Part shown: piece by piece, positions 61,608 to 64,000 of the stretch
How the letters are laid out: the number at the start of each line of letters is the position of its first letter
How positions within the stretch are numbered: the stretch's first letter is position 1
From: Eledone cirrhosa
Lineage: Eukaryota
Length of the DNA: 64,000 nt
NCBI GenBank assembly: GCA_964016885.1
Contig: OZ024742.1
Location: 311,302,001 to 311,366,000, forward strand
Reading direction: 5' to 3'
Notes under the pieces: model-generated
Databases searched by the model: none
The model's input: the letters and a program-made list of their open reading frames with translations, nothing else
What the model was told of the DNA's origin: nothing
Made by a program: the position numbers and the translations under genes

Positions 61608-64000
61608 TCATCATCACCGTTTTACGTCCCTTCTTCCATGCTAGCATGGGTTAGACGGGTTGTCCTGTTGTGGGCAGTGTCTGGTCGGCTGACCATGCCT
61701 TGCTCATACAGGAACTGATTTTGGCTTGATTTCTACAGCTGGATGCCCTTCCTAACACTAACCTCATTTACAGTGAGTGCTGGGTGCTTTTTCCGTGGCG
61801 CCTACTCGTCCACTTTACAGTGTGGGCTGGGTGCTTTTTTGCCGTGGCACCTCCACGACCACCTCGCAATAGGAGGGTATGGGGTAATATTGTCTATATG
61901 CTTCAGCTTGTACCCATGGGAGGTCGGGTACTCTGTATTACTGCGTGACGCCAGAGGTCACGGTCGTGTGTCAACGCCTTTGAGAGGTGTAATTGGGTAA
62001 GGTCGGCTTTTATCACCTCATCCTAGGTCTTCTTGGGTCTCCCCACTCCGCGGTTTCCATTGACTTCTAGTGCTCTGCACCTTTTTATGCAGCTGTCATC
62101 CTTCATACGCATCACGTGTCCATACCAACGCAACCGCCTCTCCTGCACACAGCATTTGATTCCTCTTATGCTCAGTCTCTCTCTCAATTCATTTATGCTT
62201 TGTCGTTCGCGTATATTACTATTTCACATCCATCGGAGCATGCAGGCTTCATTTCTTTCTAATCTACGTAAGTCTTCCACCTTCAGCGCCCAGGTCTCAC
62301 TACCATGTAACATTGCTATTCAGATACACGCATCATACAGTCTGCCTTTCATTTTGAGGGAGAAGCCTTTTGCAGCTAGCAGTGGCAGTAGTTCCCTGAA
62401 CTTCTTCCATCCCGTTCTTACCCTAGTTATTGTACTTTCTGAACACCCACCTCCGCTGCTAATTCGGTCACCTAGGTAGCAGAGGCTGTCTACTGTTTCT
62501 ACAGAGCCCTCCCAGAGATTGGTGGTACTTGTTTCTTGTGGTGGTTTGCTGCTTGCTGTCCCAGTACAGCTGCTGCATGTGAAGCCTACATTCTTAATTA
62601 AGCTTCCTGAGATCCCGCTACATCTCTTGTGTACCCATTGTTTGCATTTGGGGCAGAAAATGGAGTTCCTACCTACACCTTTCCTACATACTGAGCAAGG
62701 CCATTTCCCTGAGGGGATCTGGGTTCTGTTTTCTCGTCTACTTACAAGGACCTTAGTCTTTGTCAAGTTCACTTTGAGACCCTTTCTTTCTAGTCCCTGC
62801 TTCCAAGTTTGGAATTTCTTCTCTAGTTCTACCATAGATTCAGCTATAAGTGCGAGGTCATCAGCAAACCGGAGTTCCCGTGGGCATCCGGTCTTAAACT
62901 CCTCCGTCATTGCCTTCACGACTATGATGAAGAGGAGGGGGCTAAGAACAGAGCCCTGGTGGACACCAACCTGTACACTAAATTCCTCGCTATACTCATT
63001 GCTAATCCTAACTTTGCTGACTGCTCCCCTATACATGGCTTGTACAGCTTTCACAAGCCATTCATCTACTCCTAGTTTTCTAAGAGCCCACCAGATTACA
63101 GCACGTGGAACTCTGTCAAAGGCTTTCTCGAGATCGACGAATGCCAGGTAGAGTGGCTTACTTTTAGCTAGGTACTTTTCCTGTAACTGCCTCACAAGGA
63201 AGAGGGCATCAGTGGTGCCTCTTCCTGGTACAAACCCAAATTGCATCTCATCTAGTTTCACCCGGTCTCTAATCAACTGTGCTATAACTCTTTCTGTTAC
63301 TTTCATGACCTGGTCCATCAGCTTTATACCTCTATAGTTTCCTCTATCTAGTGCATCACCTTTACCTTTGTAGCAGTTGACAATGATGCTACTGCACCAA
63401 TCTTTTGGTATGACACCTTCTAGTATTACCTGGTTAACAATACGTGTGGTTATAGTGTGATCTACATACCCAGATGCCTTCAGCATCTCGGCAGCTATAC
63501 CCGATGGACCGGTTGCCTTCCCCATCTTCATATCTTTGATTACCTTACTTACTATGCTGCTGCTGACTTGTACTGCTGGCCCCTCTATAGGGTCTACTTG
63601 GGGTAGGGTCTCTTCTTCCCATGCATTCTCCTCATTTAGTAATCTATCATAATGGCTCTTCCATGCATCTTTCTTCTCAGCACTTGTGAGGCAAGCTCAC
63701 CTTTATCATTCCGGATACACTTCTCTCCAATGACATCACAATTCTCTCTGACACACTGCCTCGCAATCTTGAACACCTCCTGTTTCTGGTACTCATGTTG
63801 CAAAACATGCTTGAATTTTCTATCCTCTGCTTCCCTCCTAGCTAAGTATACTTGTCACCTAGCTTCCCTCTTGGTCTCTATGTAATGTACCCTGCTCCCC
63901 CCGTTCTTCTATTCTTTCCATGCCTGTCTCTTGGCCTTAACTGCCTCATCTACCTTATTGTTCCACCACCAAGTCACTCGTCTTCTGGTTGTGGTCTTAC
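61608..64000 (-). mobile_element. RTE-clade LINE running off the window end
   Basis: 403-aa RT ORF 62320-63531 (FVDLEKAFD, HQGSVLSP, FADD); close relative of 22290-24314. Confidence 0.93.

Overview
This is AT-rich, microsatellite-dense animal DNA. The repeat complement (tRNA-derived SINEs, RTE LINEs with (GAT)n tails, Tx1 and CRE elements) looks cephalopod/octopus-like; that assignment is an inference. Two host genes are visible. One is a complete 4-coding-exon NAD(P)H:quinone dehydrogenase (NQO1/NQO2 family, + strand, 25234-40879, 263 aa when spliced). The other is represented by two phase-1 Sushi/CCP-domain exons on the - strand (59215-60575). The rest is transposon and satellite DNA: a near full-length CRE-clade LINE, a truncated CRE copy nested in a Helitron helicase remnant, several RTE copies, three head-to-tail Tx1 elements, LTR remnants, piggyBac-like and hAT-like MITEs, a foldback element and long minisatellites. 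The most notable signal is non-coding. Between about 9 and 25 kb, several unrelated repeat families sit at or next to (TA)n tracts and each carries a hammerhead ribozyme motif. The clearest is a perfect 466-bp tandem array with one intact type I hammerhead per unit plus an inverted copy, i.e. a retrozyme/Penelope-like circular-RNA element. Two other families carry hammerhead variants with a greatly extended stem II. Most short ORFs in the track are repeat artefacts.
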